In this document: one piece after another, positions 45,169 to 54,951 of the stretch | Layout of the letters: the number at the start of each line of letters is the position of its first letter | Position numbering within the stretch: the stretch's first letter is position 1 | IMG/VR virus record: IMGVR_UViG_3300033049_000041 | Coordinates: 21,232 to 85,231 of that record | From: a virus | Reading direction: 5' to 3' (one strand) | Length of the DNA: 64,000 nucleotides | Translations under genes and position numbers: made by a program | The notes under the pieces: generated by a model | What the model was told of the DNA's origin: nothing | Database searches by the model: none | What the model saw: the letters and a program-made list of their open reading frames with translations, nothing else

Positions 45169-45438
45169 CTATGCACACTGTAAATCTTCCAATAATTCTT
45201 TTATATCAGTTAAATTAACTCTATATACATCATTGATAAGGACATGATCCCTAACAATTTTAATATCTTTATTCTTGACTTTATAAGGTAATAAATTAGA
45301 ATTGTTGATAAGTTCAAACAATTCAGCTTTATACTTCATAATACTCTTGTCTATTGCTTTATACTTTATTGCCTTACGTTCTGTAGACATATTAGATTTA
45401 ACAATATCGACCCGCTTATTCAACCATCTCTTCAACAT
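45169..45438 (-). CDS. hypothetical protein
   Basis: 89-aa ORF. Confidence 0.65.
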   Translation of the reverse strand: MLKRWLNKRVDIVKSNMSTERKAIKYKAIDKSIMKYKAELFELINNSNLLPYKVKNKDIKIVRDHVLINDVYRVNLTDIKELLEDLQCA

Positions 45439-45475
45439 ATTGTACTGTTTTAATAATAAGTAAAAAGAATAAAAA

Positions 45476-46249
45476 CTAGAATTTGATGTCCAAACTCATA
45501 CCATCTTTTTCTTTTACTACTTCAATACTCGTTGGCTTATGTTCAAGCGTTACTCTTTCAATAAAACGAATTACTCTATTGAACATATTAGGTTCTGGCG
45601 CAATAATTACCAAATTCAATTCTTCAGTATCTATTTCAGTATCTGTTTCTGTTTCTGGTTCAACTTTCACAACCTCAGTCTCAGCAGTCTCAGTCTCAGC
45701 AACCCCACCAATTTCATCTGGTGTTTCCTCATCTCCGATAATTGGAGCTGGTGATGGTGCTATAGAAGGCGTTGTAACTGCAGGTATTGGATCTGGTGTA
45801 CTAGTTGTACTAGGTGGATTCGGTAGATTATCTTGTGCTTCAAGTAAATCCAATGCAGCCTTTTGCACCAGTTTCAATTCACGCATAGCTTCCTTGACTT
45901 TTCTCACCAATTTCTCTTCAGTAGAATCTACTGTAAATTCAATGGCTTGATAGCGGAATCTACGCATTCTAGCATGAAGAGTTGCAGCAACAGCATCTTT
46001 AAGAATCATTTTCTTCCATTGCTGATAACAAGCTACCCCACTGAATTCTCCATTAAATACTTTATCTGAGGCACTTTCACCCCATTTCTTCATTCCTACT
46101 TCAGCCTTAGCTTCATCCATTGAATATGAAGCAATATGAGCTTTTAGCATTAAATTCTTGTCTTCTGTCCACAATGTTACTCCAGGTATATATTTACCTT
46201 TTTTACTTGATTTGGTACTTGCTTGGAAACTTGATTTGGTTTTTGCCAT
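45476..46249 (-). CDS. hypothetical protein with Pro/Thr/Glu-rich linker
   Basis: 257-aa ORF. Confidence 0.75.
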   Translation of the reverse strand: MAKTKSSFQASTKSSKKGKYIPGVTLWTEDKNLMLKAHIASYSMDEAKAEVGMKKWGESASDKVFNGEFSGVACYQQWKKMILKDAVAATLHARMRRFRYQAIEFTVDSTEEKLVRKVKEAMRELKLVQKAALDLLEAQDNLPNPPSTTSTPDPIPAVTTPSIAPSPAPIIGDEETPDEIGGVAETETAETEVVKVEPETETDTEIDTEELNLVIIAPEPNMFNRVIRFIERVTLEHKPTSIEVVKEKDGMSLDIKF

Positions 46250-46303
46250 TTTTTAAATAGGTTATTTATTTTTTTTAATAAGGTTAATAGTACGTATTAT
46301 AAA

Positions 46304-46520
46304 ATCAACAGACATGTCCCAAAAAATAGTGGACAAAGGCTAAAACTATAACTAAAACAAGAACCACCGCTACTACAAGAACCAGAACAAGGACAGTTGC
46401 TTCCTATCAGGAAGACTGGTTTTTTGTATTTGTGTAGACGATGCGATTTATTATTATAGTTTTTCTGTTTAAGCGACAGTTGCCGATGGCTGTAAGTTTT
46501 TTTGGTGACAGCCTGTTGAT
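46304..46520 (-). ncRNA. rod-like structured RNA with 6-nt periodic 3' strand
   Basis: Nested inverted repeats ATCAACAG/CTGTTGAT, CCAAAAAA/TTTTTTGG, AAAACTATAA/TTATAGTTTT, AACCAG/CTGGTT. Confidence 0.6.
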
Positions 46521-46527
46521 TAGTATC

Positions 46528-47481
46528 TTAATTATTCTTCAATCTCAATGATGCAATTTCTTGCAGTAATTCAGTACGATAGTTCTCTACCGTTTCTGTA
46601 TACTTTTGAATTTCTTTATTATGCTCTAAGCAAGCTGTATTATATGTAGCCATAGTTTTTTGAAACTGTAGAGTATAACTTCTTTGCAATGAACGAGCCT
46701 TGTCTTTCATCAATTTAAACAGACCGTTACGATTCATTTGTAACTCGTTATAACTTTTCTGTAATGACTCATCAGTCTTCTGGAAGTCTTTCTCATAATC
46801 ATAAGCAAGAACATCTTTTACTAATACTATAATAGCATCATTAGATATAGTCTCACTATCTTGTTCTTTACTAGCTAGTGATAGCGAGCGTAAGAACGAA
46901 TCATTATGAATTTGACTACCATATGCAGAAGCACTAGATTCTAGTTCTAGCATAGTTTTAATGTTACTAGTACCGAATGCAGTCAACAATTCTAGTGAAC
47001 TGTTACGAAGCAACATTTCAGCCTTATTAAAGGTACAGAAACTATTGATGTCACATTTAGTAGCATTATCCTTGCTAGTCATAACAGGTGCAATAGCTGT
47101 GAACTTAGGCTTATCTAGCTCCAAGTATTCAGCTACTTCATCTACAGTCATTGAAACCAATGAGTTTCTAACGATTTCCTTATAGTTGATAGCTTGACCT
47201 AACCAAGCATTATCAGCTTTAAGTGCAGCTATAGTAGTAATAGCACTAAAGTCTGAAGCTAAGATTTTATCACTGATTGGTGTAATAATTGGTTTATTAT
47301 TACGGCTACCTAATACAATGCGATGAGTTTCATAAATCTTACCATCAAATTTAGATTCTAGTCTAGCTAGTTTATTCTTGTTCTCTTCCTTCAGACGTTG
47401 TGCCTGACTTGAAGAAATACTGTGCTCTTTTTCTAGTGTAAAGATTATGCTAGCTAATGGGAAAATAGTTGCAATTTTCAT
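46528..47481 (-). CDS. long helical/coiled-coil protein preceding the rod RNA
   Basis: 317-aa ORF. Confidence 0.75.
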   Translation of the reverse strand: MKIATIFPLASIIFTLEKEHSISSSQAQRLKEENKNKLARLESKFDGKIYETHRIVLGSRNNKPIITPISDKILASDFSAITTIAALKADNAWLGQAINYKEIVRNSLVSMTVDEVAEYLELDKPKFTAIAPVMTSKDNATKCDINSFCTFNKAEMLLRNSSLELLTAFGTSNIKTMLELESSASAYGSQIHNDSFLRSLSLASKEQDSETISNDAIIVLVKDVLAYDYEKDFQKTDESLQKSYNELQMNRNGLFKLMKDKARSLQRSYTLQFQKTMATYNTACLEHNKEIQKYTETVENYRTELLQEIASLRLKNN

Positions 47482-47646
47482 AAGGTTGTTTAGTTTTATT
47501 TAGTTTGTTAATTTAAAATGAAAACGATGTACCAATTAAGGTACATCGCTAGAAAGTGTTCAAGAACACAGAAAGATCTATAGACTCCTATAAAAATATA
47601 TGATAATAAAAATAGAAATAAATAAAAGACGAACACTTTCATAAGT

Positions 47647-47871
47647 TTAAGCTACATATTTGTGTAATGGACCAGTCTCTATGACCTTGGCTCCAGAATT
47701 GTCACACACAGCTTTTAATTTCGTTACCTTGTCGTCCGTTGGAAACCCATCTACAGCTAAGTAAACAGAATCCTCAGCCTCTACATAGTAGAATACTGCT
47801 AAGGGTATTAATTTTATTTCTTTTTTCACTTGTTCCTTCTCCTCTTCCGATAATGCAGTTAGTTTAAACAT
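47647..47871 (-). CDS. hypothetical protein
   Basis: ORF, ATG at 47871. Confidence 0.65.
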   Translation of the reverse strand: MFKLTALSEEEKEQVKKEIKLIPLAVFYYVEAEDSVYLAVDGFPTDDKVTKLKAVCDNSGAKVIETGPLHKYVA

Positions 47872-47964
47872 AGTAAAAGTTTTTAAAAGCATTCAACCCT
47901 ATCCTTGGCAGAACAGTATAACTTGAGTTAATACGGTTGAATGCAATGATTTAACATCTTAAAA

Positions 47965-48020
47965 TTAAATGACTTTCGTTTCGGCTATTATTTTAATTCG
48001 CTTGCCATCATCAGATTTAA
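47965..48020 (-). ncRNA. hammerhead ribozyme, type I
   Basis: TTAAAT-CTGATGA-T-GGC..GCC-GAAAC-GAAA-GTC-ATTTAA: full core, three stems, GUC cleavage triplet. Confidence 0.85.
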
Positions 48021-48072
48021 AGTTGCGAAATGATTCCCAGACATCGTTACTTGCCTGGGAATCGGGATATAA

Positions 48073-48303
48073 TTATGGTTGTTGGTTATCTTGTTTGTTA
48101 TCTTCTTGACTAATTAATCTTGTTAAACTTCTAATACAATATATATTTGTTAATATAGTGAGACCTAGTATGTTTATCTCATATAAAGCTGGTGAATCTA
48201 CTTTACCTGCTAAAATACATAGTGCAATAGTATAGATTATTCTAGTACTTTTTTCTATAAGTACACAAACTATAGCTATGCGTAACCATTTGCTAGCCTT
48301 CAT
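48073..48303 (-). CDS. small membrane protein
   Basis: Hydrophobic segments. Confidence 0.6.
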   Translation of the reverse strand: MKASKWLRIAIVCVLIEKSTRIIYTIALCILAGKVDSPALYEINILGLTILTNIYCIRSLTRLISQEDNKQDNQQP

Positions 48304-48305
48304 AC

Positions 48306-48539
48306 TTAATACTTAGGTTTGGTTGTACCATCGGATATACGTTCAGCTATCGTCGATTCAGCTTCTCGCCAAAAAACATCTTCTTCCGTACCTACTTCTA
48401 ATGAGGTTGCATCAGCATACATGCCTCCCATTCGATTTGTAATGTATCTAATTTGAACACCTTGATTAAAGTCATAATCATAGAAAACTTTTTTACCGTT
48501 AACTGTTGTCTTGTTTGGTTTGTCTGAGTTGCCTGCCAT
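48306..48539 (-). CDS. hypothetical protein
   Basis: 77-aa ORF. Confidence 0.65.
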   Translation of the reverse strand: MAGNSDKPNKTTVNGKKVFYDYDFNQGVQIRYITNRMGGMYADATSLEVGTEEDVFWREAESTIAERISDGTTKPKY

Positions 48540-48637
48540 AATAGTTAATTATTTAGTTAGTTAATGTTTAGAAAAATTGGGAGAACGTTATAGTCACGTC
48601 CTCCCAGTAAGTATGCAAAGACTTACTTAACCGATTC

Positions 48638-48943
48638 TTACGAATGCGTATAGTTCAATATCGTTTTCAAGTCTCTAGCCATCAATACCCAATTAAGGTA
48701 TTGTGGTTCAACTTGGGTATAACTCAAATATTTCTTTACTTGTTTACTCACTATCTCTAGAGTACTAGAGGTAGGAATATCAACAGTCAACCAATCATCT
48801 ACTTTACTTACTGTAGATACAGTAAAGTCGTGATGGATATGGATTTTAGTAGGCGCTTCTACTACTTCTGCAGATACAGGTGTATCAATTACTAGTGTAT
48901 CAGTTGTAGGAGCATCTAAAACAGCATCAAGTGCTACATTCAT
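48638..48943 (-). CDS. hypothetical protein
   Basis: 101-aa ORF. Confidence 0.65.
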   Translation of the reverse strand: MNVALDAVLDAPTTDTLVIDTPVSAEVVEAPTKIHIHHDFTVSTVSKVDDWLTVDIPTSSTLEIVSKQVKKYLSYTQVEPQYLNWVLMARDLKTILNYTHS

Positions 48944-49186
48944 ATTCTTTATTTTGATTTTAAAAGTAAAAAGTCTAACCCTTGGACTATCTTTATAACC
49001 AGCTCGATAAAAAAAGATAGAATGGGTTAGACTAAATTATATTAAAAACGTGTTCTACACATTATAGAAACTACTAAATAAGTATGATAGAACACGTCTT
49101 TATACGGTGGGTACAATCCCAAATAACCTTCCAACGAGAAATTTTGACTAAGTTATTTAAAAAATAGTCTGATTGTACCCTTATTT

Positions 49187-49798
49187 TTACTCGTCCGTAA
49201 ATACTACAAGTGGACAAGCTCTATTATATACTGCTTTAATTCCTTGTATGAAGAAATACAGTTTACTATCTTCTTTATCGTACTCTTTGTTTGAATACTC
49301 AAATAGCCAATTGATACCAAATATGATACCAATAACACCAGATGTTAGTACTAATATAAATATTATTATTGCTATAAACTTAATTAAGCCTATTACACTT
49401 GCCATAACACCTAATAATACTATAAGTAATGTAAAGCCTATGCCTACTAAACTTATTGCAAACCATTTGATTGCAAACTTTAGATTAACTTTATTATCTA
49501 AATAGTCTGCTATATAAGCTGCACCAGTACCTGCTTTTGTAGCAAGCCACATTATTGGTAAGAATATAAAAGCTAATAATGTCTTCCAAAACAATGGACA
49601 TCCTCTAGTAGTTTTAACTAAAGGTGTATCATAATCAGACATTGTGTCTAAATATTGTAACCACTTATAAATCTTCCCTGATTTCTTAATCTTCATATCC
49701 CTCTCCACTTTAATACAATAATATACAAAATTATCTTTTTTTGCTAAAGTTAAAGGATGGAGCCAATGAGAAAAAAGTCTCCATCCTTCCTTTAACAC
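49187..49798 (-). CDS. membrane protein (start may be ATG at 49696)
   Basis: Three hydrophobic segments. Confidence 0.7.
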   Translation of the reverse strand: MLKEGWRLFSHWLHPLTLAKKDNFVYYCIKVERDMKIKKSGKIYKWLQYLDTMSDYDTPLVKTTRGCPLFWKTLLAFIFLPIMWLATKAGTGAAYIADYLDNKVNLKFAIKWFAISLVGIGFTLLIVLLGVMASVIGLIKFIAIIIFILVLTSGVIGIIFGINWLFEYSNKEYDKEDSKLYFFIQGIKAVYNRACPLVVFTDE

Positions 49799-49830
49799 TT
49801 TAACTAACTCACTTTAAACTCAATCTAAAA

Positions 49831-49934
49831 TGGTGGCATATTGAGGATTCGAACCTCTACTCTCGTAAATTAACTCCATACGTACTCATTCCCCCAATTT
49901 ATGGAAGTCTTACTTACGCCGTTAATAAAATGCC
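49831..49934 (-). ncRNA. ACCA-ended tRNA-like RNA without D arm
   Basis: GGCAT/ATGCC-ACCA, T arm GAGGTTCGAATCCTC, one long arm CGTAAGT..TCCATA/TATGGA..ATTTACG. Confidence 0.62.
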
Positions 49935-49967
49935 TGATACATGGGTATAGTATCTAATTTAGAGTAT

Positions 49968-50201
49968 CTAGTTTAGATGTGCATTATTCTTGTACTCAAT
50001 ATCAGGACACATCATAATTCCCAATTGGTCACACTTATCTGAATACTGCTTGCTTGTAACATAATCTTTAGAAACTTCATAAAACCATCTTAATACAGTA
50101 TTATGTTTAACTTTTAAATCTGGAAGTTTAGTTTCTTTTACTCTTTGGTTATGAAATCGTTTTACTTTACCTTTTTGAAGCCAATCTAATGAACTTGCCA
50201 T
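49968..50201 (-). CDS. hypothetical protein
   Basis: 77-aa ORF. Confidence 0.65.
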   Translation of the reverse strand: MASSLDWLQKGKVKRFHNQRVKETKLPDLKVKHNTVLRWFYEVSKDYVTSKQYSDKCDQLGIMMCPDIEYKNNAHLN

Positions 50202-50269
50202 CTCTTTAATAGTTTTAGATAAAAAAATGGAGGTAACTGCTTAATTACCTCCTCACAGAACAAAAAAGC

Positions 50270-50515
50270 TTACTCAAACTTTCTATTTCTTAATTTTACG
50301 TTGCCTTCAAATGCAGCAGTTACTGTTCCTACTATTATGCCAATTTTCTCATTAGCTTCAACAGTAAACTCAATAGAGTTAAGTACTTCATTATCTTCAT
50401 CGTATGTGATTATTACATCTTCACTAAACTCAAAGTTTAATGAATAGATCTTATTAGTTGATTTAATAACAACTATTTCTTCATCATAAATATTCTTGAT
50501 GTGTAAGTTGTACAT
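50270..50515 (-). CDS. hypothetical protein
   Basis: 81-aa ORF. Confidence 0.65.
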   Translation of the reverse strand: MYNLHIKNIYDEEIVVIKSTNKIYSLNFEFSEDVIITYDEDNEVLNSIEFTVEANEKIGIIVGTVTAAFEGNVKLRNRKFE

Positions 50516-50531
50516 AGGTTTCAGGTATTTG

Positions 50532-50888
50532 CTACAATTTACTTAATTCAGTTTGGAATCTAACTATCTGAGATAGTTGACTTTGTAATCTATTCTTCCA
50601 GTGTTCAGAGATATGAACTGGAACAACTTTGTATTGTTTGTACTCAGTAACTTTCTCTTGCTTGAGTGCTTTCAATTTAGCTTTCTCTGCTGCAATGTTT
50701 GCTTTAATATCAGCTTTACTACGTAACATAGTTATTGTTTTAATGTGGTTAGGTAAATAATTAATTAAATGGTCAATGGGTTCATCTTTTTTAGGTTCTT
50801 TAGGTTTAAGGAATCTCTCACGAAATTCATGTACTAAAAAGCAACCTACAATGATACCTAAAGTTTTTAATATTGCTGTAAGTAACAT
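50532..50888 (-). CDS. membrane-anchored protein
   Basis: ATG at 50888 (track start lies in a tRNA-like RNA); N-terminal hydrophobic segment. Confidence 0.65.
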   Translation of the reverse strand: MLLTAILKTLGIIVGCFLVHEFRERFLKPKEPKKDEPIDHLINYLPNHIKTITMLRSKADIKANIAAEKAKLKALKQEKVTEYKQYKVVPVHISEHWKNRLQSQLSQIVRFQTELSKL

Positions 50889-50909
50889 ATTATTGATTGT
50901 AAACGTTTG

Positions 50910-51017
50910 TAACCCTAACAGGAATCGAACCTGCATTTCCTTACTAATTAAACCCACAGCGCCGATTTAACGACTGATTTAACGTTCTGATGTCCTGTCC
51001 ATTTAGACGATAGGATT
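50910..51017 (-). ncRNA. tRNA-scaffold RNA with replaced anticodon arm
   Basis: AATCCTA/TAGGGTT-A, D arm GTCTAAATGGACAGGAC, T arm GCAGGTTCGATTCCTGT. Confidence 0.65.
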
Positions 51018-51048
51018 TCTACCAAGTATTGCTGCTTGGAATATATTG

Positions 51049-51171
51049 TAACTCTAGCAGGATTCGAACCCACAATTCAGTACTAACCAAAACATAACTA
51101 TTTACCAATTGAATGGTTGCTTTCGCATAGTTTTGGTGTTCCTACGTCTTATCCAGTTAGACCATAGAGTA
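51049..51171 (-). ncRNA. tRNA-scaffold RNA with branched arm replacing the anticodon
   Basis: ACTCTA/TAGAGT, D arm GTCTAACTGGATAAGAC, ACCAAAAC/GTTTTGGT arm, T arm. Confidence 0.68.
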
Positions 51172-51278
51172 ACCCTAGAATAAACTAGTAGGCTTCTTAA
51201 AATACTTGACACGATAGACTTTAAAACTAGTCCTTGATATGATTATAATTAAGTGTCTACGCTGTGCCAAGTATTATA

Positions 51279-51653
51279 TTATTTATATCTACTAAGCATA
51301 ATGCTTTCGTTAGAATATTTCTTTCGTTTTTTATCCTCTTCCTTCTCCTCCTTGGTAATTCTTGCCTTAATCTTCTCTTTCTGCATCTGTATAGTATTGT
51401 ATCTAAGTAGCTTCTCTTTCATTTTACGTTCATCTTCCTCGTCAAATGTTTCATATTGAGCTGCATCAACTACACATAATATATGTAATATAAATGCTAC
51501 TATAAATACTGCTGGACTTATATGAGTGGTATAATAACCAATACTATACAATGTAAAGATAGTAAGCATATCACTAGCTCCTTTATACCTATTCTGTGCT
51601 AATTGTCCTAGTCCTGGGAGTATTAGGCTTAGAAATGCTGCATTGTTAATCAT
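51279..51653 (-). CDS. membrane protein
   Basis: AAFLSLILPGLGQL motif plus hydrophobic segments. Confidence 0.7.
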   Translation of the reverse strand: MINNAAFLSLILPGLGQLAQNRYKGASDMLTIFTLYSIGYYTTHISPAVFIVAFILHILCVVDAAQYETFDEEDERKMKEKLLRYNTIQMQKEKIKARITKEEKEEDKKRKKYSNESIMLSRYK

Positions 51654-51681
51654 TCTACTTAATTTTTAAGTCCAGCAAACT

Positions 51682-51957
51682 CTATCTTTTATCTTTCTTT
51701 ATTGAAATCGCAATATTCTCTAAGGTCACAGGTTTACCTCCAGTCAAATCAGTAACGATTTTTCTATCCTGTGTTGAAGGTGGAACATACTCCCAATTAG
51801 ATTTGGTATTATATAATACATCTCCGAATATAATACTACTCCTCCAAAATGGTGGATACTTACCTTCAAAGGCTTCTTTAATCTTAGCTGTATTCTCAAT
51901 CCATTCTTCCTCACTCTTAGAACTCTCTAGTAGTTCTACACATTCTTTCTTAGTCAT
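51682..51957 (-). CDS. hypothetical protein
   Basis: 91-aa ORF. Confidence 0.65.
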   Translation of the reverse strand: MTKKECVELLESSKSEEEWIENTAKIKEAFEGKYPPFWRSSIIFGDVLYNTKSNWEYVPPSTQDRKIVTDLTGGKPVTLENIAISIKKDKR

Positions 51958-51998
51958 GTTAATGATTTTGAAAGTTAATTCAACTCTTTCTTTTAGTA

Positions 51999-52349
51999 CT
52001 AGATAGTAGTACTGCCTATATGATTATCAGGAGTTACATCTTCTGGAGTTAACTCATAATATATACTATATGCAAATTGTTTAATATTCACAGGTCTACA
52101 ATAAACGATTGTATCTTTATCTGTACCAGTTTTAACATGATAGCAATTTATAATTGGATTAGTATATACTTTTGTAAGATTTACATTAGTATAGTAAAAA
52201 TCTACTTCACCACTTTTAGTATCACCCTCAACTTTAAGACGATACTCTAATTTCAAAATATCTTCTACTTTCATTGCAGTACCTAAACTATCTTCCTTCT
52301 TTTGTCTATTAAATTCCATTACTTTTACTTTATTATAGTTTTTATTCAA
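51999..52349 (-). CDS. hypothetical protein
   Basis: 116-aa ORF. Confidence 0.65.
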   Translation of the reverse strand: MNKNYNKVKVMEFNRQKKEDSLGTAMKVEDILKLEYRLKVEGDTKSGEVDFYYTNVNLTKVYTNPIINCYHVKTGTDKDTIVYCRPVNIKQFAYSIYYELTPEDVTPDNHIGSTTI

Positions 52350-52360
52350 AACTCTTTCTT

Positions 52361-52669
52361 TTAACTAGTATACTTCAAGATAATATACTCAGCTTGTCTT
52401 ACTAATTCACTCATAACGATTAAGAAATCATCTTCATCTCTAAATTTCTTTGTTATTTGTGTACTTTCTTTAACTAAACACGTTAATGTATCGTATCTAC
52501 TATCGTAAGCAACAACAAAAGATTCTCCATAAATAGTTGTATTAAGAACCATACCAAGTTTACTATAATTAAAACCAGTACAATCAACTAATTTATCTGT
52601 AAACTCTCTTGATAAGCCTCTTACTTCCTTGATTATATCAATATGTTTTTGAAAATTAAATCCGTCCAT
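52361..52669 (-). CDS. hypothetical protein
   Basis: 102-aa ORF. Confidence 0.65.
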   Translation of the reverse strand: MDGFNFQKHIDIIKEVRGLSREFTDKLVDCTGFNYSKLGMVLNTTIYGESFVVAYDSRYDTLTCLVKESTQITKKFRDEDDFLIVMSELVRQAEYIILKYTS

Positions 52670-52670
52670 T

Positions 52671-52907
52671 TTAACTTGTTATAGGTTCAGGTAAATCATC
52701 TGGTGTATCAATAGTTAGAGAATACTCTTCAGCTAACTTTATCATCTCCTCTGTCATCCATGGAATGAATGTCGTTACTATCTGTTCACCTAATGGCACT
52801 TTAGTAGACCCATTATATACTATAAATCGACCATTACGCCAGAGTATCATCTTTAGTACATTACCCTTCTTATCACAGTATATACCTCCTTCTCTATGTA
52901 CTTCCAT
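52671..52907 (-). CDS. hypothetical protein
   Basis: 78-aa ORF. Confidence 0.65.
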   Translation of the reverse strand: MEVHREGGIYCDKKGNVLKMILWRNGRFIVYNGSTKVPLGEQIVTTFIPWMTEEMIKLAEEYSLTIDTPDDLPEPITS

Positions 52908-53079
52908 AGTTATTATATTTTCTGTACATTCTCTCTTTCTCTCTCAACCTTACCACAATTTAAACTCATTTGGCGTGCAATGCACTTAACTTCAGAGTAC
53001 TCATATAATATGAGCTGTGACCAACCATTTAGGAATTTTCTTAATAACAACAGAATCTCAATGAAACTCTGTTGTTATT

Positions 53080-53418
53080 TTAATATACTAATACTCCAGA
53101 ATATCTGAAATACATATAAATAAATACTGGACACAGAAACCATATAATAAAAGTGTTTCTCATTGCATCGTCCATTTCTTTTACTCTTTTCTTTTCTTTC
53201 TGTTCATCCACCGATATAAGCGAAGAATACCTAAGCTTAAAGTCATTAAAATGATACTCTGAGTTAAATACCCAATGATTAGTGTAGACTATTACACCTT
53301 CATTAAGCGCTTCTCTAACTAAGATATTCTTTAATGCTCTAGTATTCTTCTTATTGGAGAACAATATGTTCGAATCAATTATTATGGTAAATTTAACCAT
53401 TAAACTTAACGAACACAT
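53080..53418 (-). CDS. hypothetical protein with C-terminal TM segment
   Basis: 112-aa ORF. Confidence 0.6.
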   Translation of the reverse strand: MCSLSLMVKFTIIIDSNILFSNKKNTRALKNILVREALNEGVIVYTNHWVFNSEYHFNDFKLRYSSLISVDEQKEKKRVKEMDDAMRNTFIIWFLCPVFIYMYFRYSGVLVY

Positions 53419-54166
53419 GATTAACGTCTATTAGTTCTTCATTGATGATTTGACTAATTTTGTGCCAATTACCATTAGCTAATCCAGCACCAATTGCAGG
53501 ATATGCAATAGTAAAACCAGGTTCAGAACCTTTATATTCGTTATTTAATTTCTTAAATATCTTACGCAATCCTTCATACTCAACATGGTCTACATTTCTT
53601 GGTAGAAAGTCATATTGAGTATAAGCATTAATAACTGTTAGGTTCTCGCCTAAGCGGTTTCTAACGCTCCAGTAAGTAAAACTACCAATTTTACTTTTAT
53701 CTCCTTTAGTAGTAGCTAAATCAGCTTCATATGCTTCAGGAATCTTCTCCTTAATTTCTCGTGCAATACCTGAACCCATCGTACAATGACAATTACAACC
53801 ATGTACAATCACATCATAATGACCATCCAATCCTAGTTCAACTAAGTTACCAAGAACAGTTCTCGGAGCTTTAGGTTTATCAGGGAAGTTATATGCTATA
53901 ATATCCTGAACTTCTTCAAATGATTGAGAGAGCATAAACTCTTGCTCACATATAAGGTTATCCGAACCTTGGAAGTCAATAGACAATCCACCTGGATCAC
54001 CTTTCATAACTGGTGGCATAATCACTGCTACAGTACCTTGTTCATCCATTTTCAATATTAGTTTACCTTGTACTATTAACATTGCAGTTATGAATTTTGG
54101 TAATGCTAAAACTTCAACATGATTGGGTACTTCTAGGGAATAAACCCCGAATTTAATAGTTTTCAT
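53393..54166 (-). CDS. macrodomain protein (DarG/TARG1-like C-terminal domain)
   Basis: DVIVHGCNCHCTMGSGIA...NAYTQ...YPAIGAGLANGNW. Confidence 0.88.
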   Translation of the reverse strand: MKTIKFGVYSLEVPNHVEVLALPKFITAMLIVQGKLILKMDEQGTVAVIMPPVMKGDPGGLSIDFQGSDNLICEQEFMLSQSFEEVQDIIAYNFPDKPKAPRTVLGNLVELGLDGHYDVIVHGCNCHCTMGSGIAREIKEKIPEAYEADLATTKGDKSKIGSFTYWSVRNRLGENLTVINAYTQYDFLPRNVDHVEYEGLRKIFKKLNNEYKGSEPGFTIAYPAIGAGLANGNWHKISQIINEELIDVNHVFVKFNG

Positions 54167-54369
54167 TATTCCATGTATTTTTTCTCGGTTAACATTTCAG
54201 TTGTTGCAATATCTGTAACGACTTCCATTACATCATCTCTTTCCTCTAATAAATTAGCTAAACGATACTTAAGGTCATTATCTCTATTAAGTTCAGCTTC
54301 TTTCTTCTCTGCAGTTATCTTATCATTTATATCTGATAATCTAATTGCCCACTTCTCCTTTGGTGTCAT
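54166..54369 (-). CDS. hypothetical protein, paralog of 54341..54550
   Basis: MTPKEKWAIRLSDI versus MTPKDKWKVRLTDI. Confidence 0.7.
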   Translation of the reverse strand: MTPKEKWAIRLSDINDKITAEKKEAELNRDNDLKYRLANLLEERDDVMEVVTDIATTEMLTEKKYME

Positions 54370-54550
54370 TTACTGTAGTTTGTAAGTCACATAGTACTTC
54401 TTGTATAACTTCTTTTCTTGCTATCATTATACCATACTCACAACTGTAGTCATCATATTCGCTATCTTCCTCTTGTATGATAGCTTCTATAGCAAGTATT
54501 TGTTTTTGAATGTCAGTTAGTCTGACCTTCCACTTATCTTTTGGTGTCAT
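54341..54550 (-). CDS. hypothetical protein
   Basis: 69-aa ORF, tandem paralog. Confidence 0.7.
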   Translation of the reverse strand: MTPKDKWKVRLTDIQKQILAIEAIIQEEDSEYDDYSCEYGIMIARKEVIQEVLCDLQTTVNDTKGEVGN

Positions 54551-54951
54551 TATATTAAATTATATTTTTTAAGTAATAGTTCAGCGACTTCTTCCATTGC
54601 TCCTGATTTATTGAAGTTCAATACAAGATGATTAACTAACAATTCAGGCATTATAAACTTCTCAGTTAACTTAGGGTCTGTACATGCAATTAAAGGAAAT
54701 TGACTAACTTGATCTATATCATTTAATGTATCAATTTGGATGTAACACCAGTTTAAAACATCACCTACGTTAAGTTCTACGGTATAATCACCTAATTGTA
54801 CAGCTGCATCAGATACAATAATGACATGAACTGGTGAATATCCTGGAAGTTGATCAAAAGAAACTAATAACCCTTTACCTGCTTTAAAATAGATATTAGA
54901 GGTATCACCTTCTTTTAATGTAAGTAATCCTATATAGTATGAAGCTCCCAT
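54550..54951 (-). CDS. hypothetical protein
   Basis: 133-aa ORF. Confidence 0.7.
   Translation of the reverse strand: MGASYYIGLLTLKEGDTSNIYFKAGKGLLVSFDQLPGYSPVHVIIVSDAAVQLGDYTVELNVGDVLNWCYIQIDTLNDIDQVSQFPLIACTDPKLTEKFIMPELLVNHLVLNFNKSGAMEEVAELLLKKYNLI

Noticed and set aside
45640-45790. Short tandem repeats (GTCTCA, GTTTCT)
   Set aside because: Explained by the ETET/PAP low-complexity linker of the 257-aa protein
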